From NCBI GenBank assembly GCA_012270795.1, contig JAAXHO010000131.1, positions 14,690 through 78,689 of the forward strand: 64,000 nucleotides of DNA, written 5' to 3'. The stretch comes from Candidatus Poribacteria bacterium. GTDB taxonomy: Bacteria > Poribacteria > WGA-4E > WGA-3G. A program made the position numbers and the translations under genes. Each line of letters starts with the position of its first letter. Position 1 is the stretch's first letter. The notes under the pieces are model-generated. The model was not told where the DNA came from. It ran no database searches and saw only the letters and a list, made by a program, of their open reading frames with translations. Positions 42,026 through 51,495 of the stretch are shown piece after piece.

Positions 42026-42070
42026 TATACACAAAAAATGTGATTCTGTAAACTGTTTTGGGGTGTGGAG

Positions 42071-42271
42071 CAGGGTTATTCAGTTTTAAGAATTATCACT
42101 TGATGTGTGTTACTTAAAGTTTATATCGTAGGTCGGGTAGAGCGTTAGCGAAACCCGACATGTATTGTTTGCGGTTATCATGTCGGGTTTCGCTTCGCTC
42201 TACCCGACCTACGCATCTAATTCACGAATGTTATAAATATCTGTCAAAATACCTAAAACTGAATAACCCTG
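42071..42271. mobile_element. CAGGGTTATTCAGTTTTA-ended MITE carrying a GTAGGTCGGG REP doublet (42127-42213)
   Basis: 18-bp perfect IR. Same shell end and REP family as 30937-31267. Confidence 0.85.
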
Positions 42272-42508
42272 GGTGTGTAAAGTTTTGGTTACTTGTCTGA
42301 ACCAGGATTTTCAGGATTTCCAGATTTCCCTCAACAGGTTCTATTCCCAAAGTTGACATCAAAACGCATCAAAAAACCTTGATGAGGTAATCCTGGTAAT
42401 CTGGAAATCCTGAAAATCCTGGTTCAGACAAGGGAAAATAATATAGACATACGAAAAAGATGGGGAACAAAAGTCATATCAATGTTTCTACAAAAACTTT
42501 ACACACCC
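42271..42508. mobile_element. GGGTGTGTAAAGTTTT shell around a TGTCTGAACC element (42294-42430)
   Basis: 16-bp outer IR, same as the 19921-20238 element. Confidence 0.8.
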
Positions 42509-42833
42509 GGGGTGTATCCAGAGGTATTGAATTGTCGATTAAGCGCAAAACCTAACATAGGTTTCATAAGGTAGGAGCGACCTCCCGGTCGTGCCCCGGG
42601 AAATGCCATAAGGCATTCATACCGTTGATTTGCTGGTCGCTCCTACCGAAGAATACTTACATGACAGGCAATATGGTAAATTGCAGAAATGTAAACCTAT
42701 TTTCAAACTCCACCATAAATACACATATAAAAAAGTTATACAAAAATTATGAGAATTCAAGTAAAATAACCATAGAATGTTAGAGTATTTGACCAAAATA
42801 GAAGTTTTTGGATATATAAATGGAGATAAGATT

Positions 42834-44339
42834 ATGCATGAGCATTCAAACCTGTTAAGCGATAAACAGATGCAAGATTTCATTGTTCGGGGATATGTCA
42901 CTGTGAAAACGGATCTTCCAAGAAGTGTCCACGAAACCATCTACCGAAAAACACAGGAATACACCGAAAAAGAAGGGAACCCAGGGAATAATATCTTACC
43001 AAGAGTGCCGGAACTTCAATCAGTCTTTGACGATCCTGTGGTACGTGGTGCATTTACTAGTATCTTGGGAGAGAACTATGTGATGCATTCACATCGGCAT
43101 CCACACCGGAATGCCCCGCATAGCAAGGGGCAAGGTTTTCACATGGATAGTTATTGGGGACATCAGAAGGTTCGCCATCATCGTCCGCGTTGGGCAATGG
43201 CATTCTATTATCCACAGGATACACCTCTTGCCCTCGGTCCTTCATCGGTCTTGTCGGGAACACAATACTACAGTCATCGGATCACCGAAGAAAATGAAGG
43301 TGAAATTGCACTTAACGGCGAAGCGGGAACAGTAACCCTCATCCACTTTGATTTGTGGCATCGTGCTATGGCAAACCGGACCGACAAAACACGTTACATG
43401 ATGAAGTTTCAATTTATTCGTTTGGATGAACCACATAAACCGGAATGGAATGTGGAAAATACAGAATGGAATGTTGATGCGTATGATTTTAGCGAGAATC
43501 CTGTTTCAGAGAAACATCAAGCTACATGGCGACATGTGTGGAATTGGATGGCAGGCAATGGAAACGGACATGCGACACAAAATATTAATGGCAATTTGGG
43601 AAAACACATTGAAGATCTAAATGATGAGAACCCGTCTATCCGTTCTGATGCTGCTGATGAAATTGGCTTGTTAGGTGAGGACGCATCAGACGCAATTTCC
43701 GCGTTGAGTCAGGCATTGCATGATGATTATGAACCTGTCCGACTCAACGCTGCTTATGCTTTGGGGGCAATTGGAGAAAAAGCAGTACCTGTTTTAATCG
43801 AGAAGCTTGTCTCAGAAAATGGACAAGTACGCCGTAAGGCTGCGTATGGTTTAGCCGCAGTTGGAGCACCTGCAGTACCAGCACTTATTGAGGTATTAGC
43901 ACATGAAAATGATGATGTAAGAGTTGAAGCAACTTATGCATTAGCGCAAATCGGAAATGATGCCAACCCCGCAGTACCCGCATTGATAGCTCGCGCAAAA
44001 GATAGGAAAGTTGAAGTTTGTAGATATATTCCAGAAGCTTTTGGCAGCATAGGTGCAAACGCAGCACCCGCAGTACCAACATTAATTGATATGTTAGCAA
44101 ATGATGAAGATGTACAAGTCCGTTTTGAGTCTGCGTTGGCGTTAGCACAAATTGGTCCTGCCTCCGTTGCTGCGATCCCCGTTTTGACAAACGCTTTACA
44201 CGACAGAAACAGATATGTACGGGATAATTCTATCCATGCACTTAATCGCATTGGTACCCCAGAAGCTGAGACTGCACTAATGGATTACTTACTAATAGCG
44301 CGCTGGTGTGACATCACTAACAAGAACAGTAAATATTGA
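42834..44339 (+). CDS. Phytanoyl-CoA dioxygenase (PhyH)-like 2OG-Fe(II) oxygenase fused to HEAT repeats
   Basis: F...GY, GFHMDS (HxD) and HFDLWHRA, then VR..AA.ALG.IG..AVP.LI repeats. ATG 42834 follows a GGAG RBS. Confidence 0.88.
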   Translation: MHEHSNLLSDKQMQDFIVRGYVTVKTDLPRSVHETIYRKTQEYTEKEGNPGNNILPRVPELQSVFDDPVVRGAFTSILGENYVMHSHRHPHRNAPHSKGQGFHMDSYWGHQKVRHHRPRWAMAFYYPQDTPLALGPSSVLSGTQYYSHRITEENEGEIALNGEAGTVTLIHFDLWHRAMANRTDKTRYMMKFQFIRLDEPHKPEWNVENTEWNVDAYDFSENPVSEKHQATWRHVWNWMAGNGNGHATQNINGNLGKHIEDLNDENPSIRSDAADEIGLLGEDASDAISALSQALHDDYEPVRLNAAYALGAIGEKAVPVLIEKLVSENGQVRRKAAYGLAAVGAPAVPALIEVLAHENDDVRVEATYALAQIGNDANPAVPALIARAKDRKVEVCRYIPEAFGSIGANAAPAVPTLIDMLANDEDVQVRFESALALAQIGPASVAAIPVLTNALHDRNRYVRDNSIHALNRIGTPEAETALMDYLLIARWCDITNKNSKY

Positions 44340-44487
44340 AAGAGAATATTTAAACTTTCTCACACCGATGCAATAAAGATGTTTCGTAACAATTGAATGC
44401 CTTTTGATTGTAGTTATCTTTTCCGTGTCTTCCGTGGAATCCGCGATTCTGAACCTAAAGTCGCACCATCCGCGAATTCCGAGATTC

Positions 44488-44657
44488 TGTCTGAACCAGG
44501 ATTTACAGGATTTATAGATTACCAGGATTACCTTATCAAGGTTTTTTGATGCGTTTTGATGTCATCTTTGGGAATAGCACCTGTTGAGGAAAATCCTGGA
44601 AATCTATAAATCCTGAAAATCCTGGTTCAGACAAGTGACAAAAACTTTACACACCCC
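44488..44657. mobile_element. TGTCTGAACC MITE with outer-end remnant
   Basis: IR 44488-44633 followed by AAAACTTTACACACCCC. Confidence 0.8.
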
Positions 44658-44672
44658 TACCTTTTCAACTAC

Positions 44673-44701
44673 TTGAATTTCGCGAAATTATATGATATAA
44701 T
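44673..44701 (+). promoter_or_regulatory. Putative sigma70 promoter
   Basis: TTGAAT-N17-TATAAT with an extended TG. Confidence 0.6.
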
Positions 44702-44758
44702 ATACCCTACTGAAAAGTGTGAATCCAATATTAGTCTGAGAAAGTGTTGTGATATATA

Positions 44759-45880
44759 ATGATTGCTTTTGACTCAAATTTGGCACAACGTGTCATTTTT
44801 GGTGAAAACAGTATAGAAAAACTTGCTGAATCAACAATAACACTTGGAGGTAGTCGCGTATTACTCGTAACAGATCCTGGGATTGAAGAAGCAGGTATTC
44901 TCAAACGTGCCTATTCATCCCTTAATAGCGAGAAAATAACGTGTTACATATTCATAGGTGTTGAGCCTAATCCGACAGAAAAGCATGTGCGAGCTGCTGT
45001 TGATTTTGCGAAGGCAAATGCCCCAATCGACTTGATTATTGGACTTGGCGGTGGAAGTGCAATGGATTGTGCTAAGGGAGCCAACTTCATACTCACAAAT
45101 GGCGGAAAAATGGAGGACTATTGGGGTACGAACAAAGCAACTAAGCGGATGCTCCCATCTATCGGTGTGCCGACAACTATTGGTACAGGAAGTGAGGCTC
45201 AATCCTTTGCGTTAATTTCACAGGAAGACTCTCACATCAAAATGGCTTGTGGTGACAAGAAAGCACAATTCCACACGGTTATTCTGGACCCGACATTAAC
45301 AGAAACCTTACCATCAAGTGTTGCAGCTGCAACGGGGATAGACGCAATTGCACATGCTATTGAGAGTTATGTTTCAACCAGACACAACGCAATGTCACAG
45401 ATGTTTTCACAGCAAGCTTGGAAACTCCTGAATGCGAATTTTGAGTCTGCAATTACAAAAGAAAATTATCATGCACGTGGAAAAATGTTATTCGGTGCTT
45501 ATCTTGCGGGAGTTGCGATAGAAAATTCCATGCTGGGTGCAGCCCATGCATGCGCTAATCCATTAACTGCAAGATACAATATTACGCATGGTATTGCTGT
45601 AGCACTGATGTTACCGCATGTCATTCGGTTCAATAGAAACATCGTTGGTGAATCTTACAACGAACTTTATTCTGACGGTGATTTAGCGAATAGAATTGAA
45701 GAATTAATGAAAATTGGAGATATTCCGAACACATTACAAGCGTGTTCTGTCCAACATCAAGGAAATACAACAGACATTCCGGCTTTGGCAAATGAGGCAT
45801 CAGTCCAGTGGACTGCACAATTTAATCCGCGGCCTTTGGCAATACATAATTTGATTAGATTATATGAACAGATATTTTAA
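44759..45880 (+). CDS. Iron-containing alcohol dehydrogenase
   Basis: VEPNPT, GLGGGSAMDCAK, PTT.GTGSE, DAIAHAIE, HA.A.PL and HG. Confidence 0.93.
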   Translation: MIAFDSNLAQRVIFGENSIEKLAESTITLGGSRVLLVTDPGIEEAGILKRAYSSLNSEKITCYIFIGVEPNPTEKHVRAAVDFAKANAPIDLIIGLGGGSAMDCAKGANFILTNGGKMEDYWGTNKATKRMLPSIGVPTTIGTGSEAQSFALISQEDSHIKMACGDKKAQFHTVILDPTLTETLPSSVAAATGIDAIAHAIESYVSTRHNAMSQMFSQQAWKLLNANFESAITKENYHARGKMLFGAYLAGVAIENSMLGAAHACANPLTARYNITHGIAVALMLPHVIRFNRNIVGESYNELYSDGDLANRIEELMKIGDIPNTLQACSVQHQGNTTDIPALANEASVQWTAQFNPRPLAIHNLIRLYEQIF

Positions 45881-46033
45881 CCTAAAGTTGCCACCTACTT
45901 TAGAATACTCTTGTTGGAGGGGTTTCTAACCCCGATTTATGACAAAACACATCAGCATTCGTTGTTTTTCTGTTTTCTGTTATCAATCGGGGTTAGAAAC
46001 CCCTCCAACAAATAATAGGTAGCAACTTAGGTT
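45879..46033. mobile_element. AACCTA-ended MITE overlapping the ADH stop codon
   Basis: Copy of the 36210-36356 element. Confidence 0.85.
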
Positions 46034-46074
46034 ATTTTAGAAAATCTGATTTTAATTCAGTACGAGTTTTAAGT

Positions 46075-47214
46075 ATGATTGCACCCACATCACGTTTAGT
46101 TTTATTTATTGTTGTCTCACTTTTCCTGATTCTCAGTCCTGCTTGGAGTGATTGGACAAGTTTCCGAGGTAATCCACAACTTACAGGGGTTGCAGATTCG
46201 GAACTCCCCGAAAAGCTAGATTTACTTTGGGCGTTTAAAGCTGGAGATATTATTGAATCTACAGCAGCAATTGTTGATGATGTCGTCTATATTGGTGCCC
46301 TGGATGGGTATCTGTATGCCATAGATGCAAAGAGTGGTAAGCAAATTTGGAAATATCAGACTGATGGACCAATCAAATCATCTCCTTCAATCAATAACGG
46401 TATTATCTATTTCGGTGACGATGAAGGCGTTTTTCACGCAGTAGATATTTCTACCCGAAAAATGAAGTGGCAGTACCAGACTGAAGGTGAAATCATTTCA
46501 TCTGCAAACTTTCTGGATGATCGTGTGCTGTTCGGTTGCTATGATGGATTCCTCTACTGCTTAAATAAAGACAATGGGAACTTTTTATGGAAATTTGAAA
46601 CTGAAGGATATATCCATGGCACTCCTGCAATTTATGGAGATTTTACAATTGTCACAGGATGTGACAGTTACCTTCGTGTTATCAATATAAAGGATGGTAA
46701 ACAGACACAACAGGTTAATCTTGGTGCTTATGTTGGTGCAAGTCCTGCTATCCTTGATACTGGAACAGAGACCCAAAAGCGTTCTATTCTTCGTGCGTAT
46801 TGCGGTACTTATGGTAATGAAGTATTGGGTGTTGACTTGAACTTGGGCGAAATTGCGTGGAACTATGAAAATCCTGATCGACAATTACCATTCTTTGCTT
46901 CAGCAGCAGTCACGAAGAACCTTGTGATTATTGGTGGGCGCGATAAAATGATGCATGCACTTTCACCTGAAACAGGTGAACCGAAATGGACTTATACAAC
47001 AAAATCCCGGATAGAATCATCGCCAGTAATCGTTGGTAAACGCGTGTTTTTTGGAACATCACGTGGTATGTTTATTGCTTTGGACATTACGAGTGGAGAT
47101 GAAGTTTGGAGTTTTGAGACGGGTTCGTCAATCGTCGCTTCACCCAGTGTGGCTAATGGAAAAATATATATCGGAACAGAAGATGGGGTATTGTACTGTT
47201 TTGGCGAAAAATAA
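46075..47214 (+). CDS. Exported PQQ-like (BamB-type) beta-propeller protein
   Basis: Signal peptide, DW.SFRGN and repeated SSP....VY.G..DG.LY..D...G...W. Confidence 0.9.
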   Translation: MIAPTSRLVLFIVVSLFLILSPAWSDWTSFRGNPQLTGVADSELPEKLDLLWAFKAGDIIESTAAIVDDVVYIGALDGYLYAIDAKSGKQIWKYQTDGPIKSSPSINNGIIYFGDDEGVFHAVDISTRKMKWQYQTEGEIISSANFLDDRVLFGCYDGFLYCLNKDNGNFLWKFETEGYIHGTPAIYGDFTIVTGCDSYLRVINIKDGKQTQQVNLGAYVGASPAILDTGTETQKRSILRAYCGTYGNEVLGVDLNLGEIAWNYENPDRQLPFFASAAVTKNLVIIGGRDKMMHALSPETGEPKWTYTTKSRIESSPVIVGKRVFFGTSRGMFIALDITSGDEVWSFETGSSIVASPSVANGKIYIGTEDGVLYCFGEK

Positions 47215-47244
47215 TACAATAGTTGTTTTATTGTGGGTAAGCAG

Positions 47245-47796
47245 ATGAATCAATTTTCTAAAACCTTATTACCTTTTGTGATATGTTTCTTCGTCATTCT
47301 AATAGGATGTACTAACAAGAAAACATCAAGAGAATTTTCGCACACAACGGAAGACGGTGGACGTGTAAATATCAAAATAGAGTATAAACCCAAAAGCCGA
47401 ATCAGTGGAGATGATAAATTTGGTTCTTATTACTATATTATTCAATACTTTGATCCTAAGCCATCTCCTTCTGCCAAAACACAGGAACAGCAAGGTAAAC
47501 CTAAAACGTTTGATTCTCGATCGATTGTTGATCATTATCGTAGGACATCTAAGCAGCAAGGTAAGCCCAAAAACCCACCTCGAATTGAGATTTCCTTTTA
47601 TGACCGAAAAGGTTACTCACTTTTCAAGAATCTTTCTTCAAATACACTCGCCCCTGGATGGAATCATAATGAAGATGAAAAGAATAAAATTAAGGGGGGT
47701 TGGGAATGGAAGGGGCACTTTGACGAGAGTTATATCACAATTGAAAATTTTCGTGACATTCATTCTATAAAAGTAAAAACTTACGGTCTACGTTGA
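47245..47796 (+). CDS. Hypothetical lipoprotein
   Basis: Lipobox LIGC and an internal QQGKPK duplication. Confidence 0.7.
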   Translation: MNQFSKTLLPFVICFFVILIGCTNKKTSREFSHTTEDGGRVNIKIEYKPKSRISGDDKFGSYYYIIQYFDPKPSPSAKTQEQQGKPKTFDSRSIVDHYRRTSKQQGKPKNPPRIEISFYDRKGYSLFKNLSSNTLAPGWNHNEDEKNKIKGGWEWKGHFDESYITIENFRDIHSIKVKTYGLR

Positions 47797-47920
47797 TAGG
47801 GACATTTTTAGCTGAACTTCAAAAGACTTGTTATTCTGAACGATCCTATGGTAAAATTTATACAATAGTTTTGGTTAGTGAGAGATTCTCTTCTGATTTA
47901 AAACAAAGAGGTACTATACA

Positions 47921-48151
47921 ATGAATAATTCGTCAACTATTCAAAAGATCGTAGAGCAATTAGAGATGCTTTCACCGATTCTTCAGAAACAGGTTTTGGA
48001 TTTCACGTTAAAACTTGCAGATGAAATGTCAGAAGGTGCTCCAATTCACGAATTCCTTAATTTCTCAGGGACTATTCCACCAGAAGACCTTGAACAGATG
48101 AAGCAGGCAATCGAAAAAGGATGCGAACAAGTCTATGCTTCAGAATGGTAA
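47921..48151 (+). CDS. Putative antitoxin (VapB/DUF2281-like)
   Basis: GAGG RBS, QKQVLDF and G.I..EDLEQM..AIE.GCE. Overlaps the PIN gene. Confidence 0.75.
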   Translation: MNNSSTIQKIVEQLEMLSPILQKQVLDFTLKLADEMSEGAPIHEFLNFSGTIPPEDLEQMKQAIEKGCEQVYASEW

Positions 48152-48530
48152 GTATTTATTAGATACAAATATCGTTATTGCAATGTTTGCTAACGATATT
48201 AACATTGAAGAAGAAAGACAGAAAATGGGTAAAGTTTACTTGCCTACTCCTGTGATTGGTGAACTATATTATGGTGCTCGTTATTCTGATAGACCTATAG
48301 AAAACATCACGAGAATAAACAACCTTTCAGTGCGGATACCCTGCATTTCTTGTAATAAAGAAACTGCTCGTTGGTATGGAATTATCAAGAATCAATTGAG
48401 GCTAAAAGGGAATCTCATCCCCGATAATGACATCTGGATTGCTGCAATCGCTAGGCAGCGTGATTTGATTCTTGTTACGCGAGATGCACATTTCAATCAA
48501 GTGGAGTCTCTCAACTTGGCAAGATGGTAG
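48135..48530 (+). CDS. vapC: VapC family PIN-domain toxin
   Basis: YLLDTN, GELYYGA, IPDNDIWIAA.A and LVTRDAHF. Confidence 0.92.
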   Translation: MLQNGKYLLDTNIVIAMFANDINIEEERQKMGKVYLPTPVIGELYYGARYSDRPIENITRINNLSVRIPCISCNKETARWYGIIKNQLRLKGNLIPDNDIWIAAIARQRDLILVTRDAHFNQVESLNLARW

Positions 48531-48604
48531 ATCAACAATCAGTTTCCACTCAATACACACAATGTATCTGCTCAACTTCACCACTTTTAAATTAGGAAAC
48601 AACA

Positions 48605-49945
48605 ATGTCAGAAACAAGACCTGAACCTGCAACAGCGGGGATAGAATCAAAACAGACCACAGTTGGAAGCGTATTTGTCTCAAATTATCCGCCTTATTCT
48701 ATATGGAATGATTCGGCAGTTCCAGATGTACATCATGCCCTGGGTGAAAAACCGCGTCCTGATGCTACATTGGGATTATACCTTCACATCCCATTTTGCA
48801 GAAAAAGATGCAAATTCTGCTATTTTCGAGTATATACCGATAAAAACAGCACAGAAATTGATACTTATTTGAATGCTTTGGCGAAAGAGGTAGAACTCTA
48901 TAGCAGACAACCAGCAATTGCGAATAGACCCTTACGGTTTGTCTATTTCGGGGGTGGCACACCATCTTATATCAGTGTCAAACACCTGACTGCATTGGTA
49001 GATAGGGTAAAAAATGTAATGCCATGGGATGCTGCGGAAGAGGTCGCTTTTGAATGTGAACCCGGCACACTTACTCAGAAAAAATTGGAAGCGATTAAGA
49101 CAATCGGAGTCACCCGTTTGAGTCTCGGTGTAGAGAATTTGAATGACGAAATTCTTGCAGAAAACGGCAGAGCGCATCTTTCAAAAGAGGTATATCGTAT
49201 CCATCCTTGGATACAGGAATTAGCATTTGATCAGGTAAACATTGACCTTATCTCAGGTATGATTGGAGAAACATGGGAAAGTTGGCGCGAAACTGTGAAA
49301 AAGACCATTGACCTTGATCCCGATAGTATCACCGTTTATCAGCTTGAGTTGCCGTTTAACACCGTCTATTCCAAAGACATTCTCGGTGGTGATTCGTTGC
49401 CTGTTGCAGATTGGAAACTGAAACGTGAATGGCATCAATATGCCTTTGAGCAATTTGAAAAAGCTGGATATGTAATTTCCAGCGCGTACACTGTGCTAAA
49501 GAAAGATAAACCGAGTCAGTTTGTCTATCGTGATGCCGTGTGGCAGGGAAGCGATATGATAGGCACAGGGGTTGCGTCATTTTCACATCTGAGTGGGATA
49601 CATTTTCAAAATGCCCCTTCATGGGGGGATTATCTTGGAAATCTTGAGGAAGATAAGTTGCCTGTCTACCGTGCACTGAAACCAACAGAAACCGAAAAAC
49701 TGACACGAGAGATGATTTTGCAGCTCAAACTCGGTAAAATTAGACCGTCCTATTTCAAGGAAAAATTCGGTGCGGATATCCTCACGCAATATGCGGAGGC
49801 TTATGAAAAACTGCAAAATGATCGTATGTTACACATCAATGCAGAAACTGATGAGATCGTATTAACGCAACGTGGGTTGCTTCGGGTTGATAGTCTGCTT
49901 CCAGCGTTTTATGCACCAGAATATCAGAATACACGATATACATAA
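48605..49945 (+). CDS. HemN-like (class C) radical SAM protein
   Basis: LYLHIPFCRKRCKFC, YFGGGTPS, RLSLGV and NIDLI.G. Confidence 0.9.
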   Translation: MSETRPEPATAGIESKQTTVGSVFVSNYPPYSIWNDSAVPDVHHALGEKPRPDATLGLYLHIPFCRKRCKFCYFRVYTDKNSTEIDTYLNALAKEVELYSRQPAIANRPLRFVYFGGGTPSYISVKHLTALVDRVKNVMPWDAAEEVAFECEPGTLTQKKLEAIKTIGVTRLSLGVENLNDEILAENGRAHLSKEVYRIHPWIQELAFDQVNIDLISGMIGETWESWRETVKKTIDLDPDSITVYQLELPFNTVYSKDILGGDSLPVADWKLKREWHQYAFEQFEKAGYVISSAYTVLKKDKPSQFVYRDAVWQGSDMIGTGVASFSHLSGIHFQNAPSWGDYLGNLEEDKLPVYRALKPTETEKLTREMILQLKLGKIRPSYFKEKFGADILTQYAEAYEKLQNDRMLHINAETDEIVLTQRGLLRVDSLLPAFYAPEYQNTRYT

Positions 49946-49948
49946 TAG

Positions 49949-51199
49949 ATGGATAGAAAAAAACAATTTTTCCGCCTGCGTGAAATGCTTGCACAAGTAT
50001 TAGAAACAAACGCCTTCTACAAGCAGAAATTCACCAACGTTGGAATTAGTCATCCCAACGATATCCAAACAATAGCCGATTATCAGAAACTTCCATTCAC
50101 AACCAAAGACGAACTGAGCAACGATCAGGTTTCCAACCCACCTTACGGTACTAATCTTACCTTTCCCTTGGAAGAATATACCTGCTTACATCAGACCTCA
50201 GGGACGACCGGTTCACCGTTGCGATGGTTAGATACGAAGGCATCATGGGACTGGTGGGGAAAATGTTGGCGTGATATATATAGTGCTGCAGGAGTGACAT
50301 CAGCAGATCGCTTTATGATCGCCTTTTCTTTCGGTCCGTTTATCGGTTTCTGGAGTGCGTATCACGGTGCACAGCAACTTGGTGCATTGACAATTGCAAA
50401 TGGTGGCTTAAGTTCGGAACAGAGGATCCGTGCTATTCTCAGTAACGATGTGACGGTGGTAATCTGTACGCCAACTTACGCGCTACGTCTTGTGGAAGTG
50501 GCGGAACAGGAAGGGGTTGACTTAAACAGGGATTCTTGTGTTCGGGTGACTATCCATGCAGGGGAACCCGGAGCAAGTTTGTCAGCAACTAAACAGCGGA
50601 TTGAGGATGGTTGGGGGGCGCGTGCCTATGACCATGCGGGGGCTACCGAAGTCGGTGCTTGGGGTGTGATGTGTAGACCCCAAGCTGGCGTTCACCTTAA
50701 CGAAGATGAGTTTATTTGCGAAGTGCTTGATACAGAAACGGACAAACCCTCAGACGAAGGGGAGTTAGTTATCACAAATTTGGGACGTATTGGTATGCCA
50801 GTGATTCGTTACCGTACAGGTGATTATGTCAGGTTGAAATCAGGGAAATGTGAGTGTGGAAGTCCGCACCGAGTACTTGAAGGGGGTGTTCTTGGACGCA
50901 TTGATGATGCTATTATCGTGCGCGGATTAAATGTCTATCCTGCTACAATTGAGAATATCATAATGAAGTTTCCCGATGTGAATGAATTCGCTGTTCGTGC
51001 CTACCGAACAGAAACACTTGATGAACTTGAGGTACAAATAGAATCTACCAACAAAAATCCTGCTGATACTACAGTTGCTGTTAGTAACGCTATACGTAAT
51101 GCATTAGGTTTGCGGACAATTGTGAAATTTGTCCCACGTGGATCATTGCCGAGATATGAACTGAAATCAAAACGATTCACGGATGAACGTAATTTGTAG
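49949..51199 (+). CDS. Phenylacetate-CoA ligase (PaaK) family adenylating enzyme
   Basis: LPFTTK, QTSGTTG, AGEPG, GATEVG, RYRTGD and GR.DD...VRG.NVYP. Confidence 0.9.
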   Translation: MDRKKQFFRLREMLAQVLETNAFYKQKFTNVGISHPNDIQTIADYQKLPFTTKDELSNDQVSNPPYGTNLTFPLEEYTCLHQTSGTTGSPLRWLDTKASWDWWGKCWRDIYSAAGVTSADRFMIAFSFGPFIGFWSAYHGAQQLGALTIANGGLSSEQRIRAILSNDVTVVICTPTYALRLVEVAEQEGVDLNRDSCVRVTIHAGEPGASLSATKQRIEDGWGARAYDHAGATEVGAWGVMCRPQAGVHLNEDEFICEVLDTETDKPSDEGELVITNLGRIGMPVIRYRTGDYVRLKSGKCECGSPHRVLEGGVLGRIDDAIIVRGLNVYPATIENIIMKFPDVNEFAVRAYRTETLDELEVQIESTNKNPADTTVAVSNAIRNALGLRTIVKFVPRGSLPRYELKSKRFTDERNL

Positions 51200-51213
51200 T
51201 GGTAAATCTTCCC

Positions 51214-51243
51214 TTGACAATCTAATTCTTGAATGGGTATAAT
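51214..51243 (+). promoter_or_regulatory. Consensus sigma70 promoter
   Basis: TTGACA-N18-TATAAT immediately after the stop of the PaaK-like gene. Confidence 0.75.
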
Positions 51244-51263
51244 TGTTTGACAGGGAGAACAAA

Positions 51264-51464
51264 ATGGTAGACTACGAACTTGACGAAATTCACAGAATTC
51301 GACGAGAAATATCTGCACGATTTGATCATGATGTAGACAAACTGATCGCTCACTATCACGCTTTAGAAAAAGAATACCGGAAGTCTGGCAAATACAAATT
51401 TGTGGACCCACCGGATGAGAAACCTGAATCCACCGAATCAGGAGACGAAAAAGCAGCAGATTGA
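51264..51464 (+). CDS. Small helical hypothetical protein (66 aa)
   Basis: GGGAGA RBS, then MVDYELDEIHRIRREISARFDHDVDKLIAHY. Confidence 0.7.
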   Translation: MVDYELDEIHRIRREISARFDHDVDKLIAHYHALEKEYRKSGKYKFVDPPDEKPESTESGDEKAAD

Positions 51465-51495
51465 TCGCGAATTTTCTGCCCCAAATAAAGTTACG

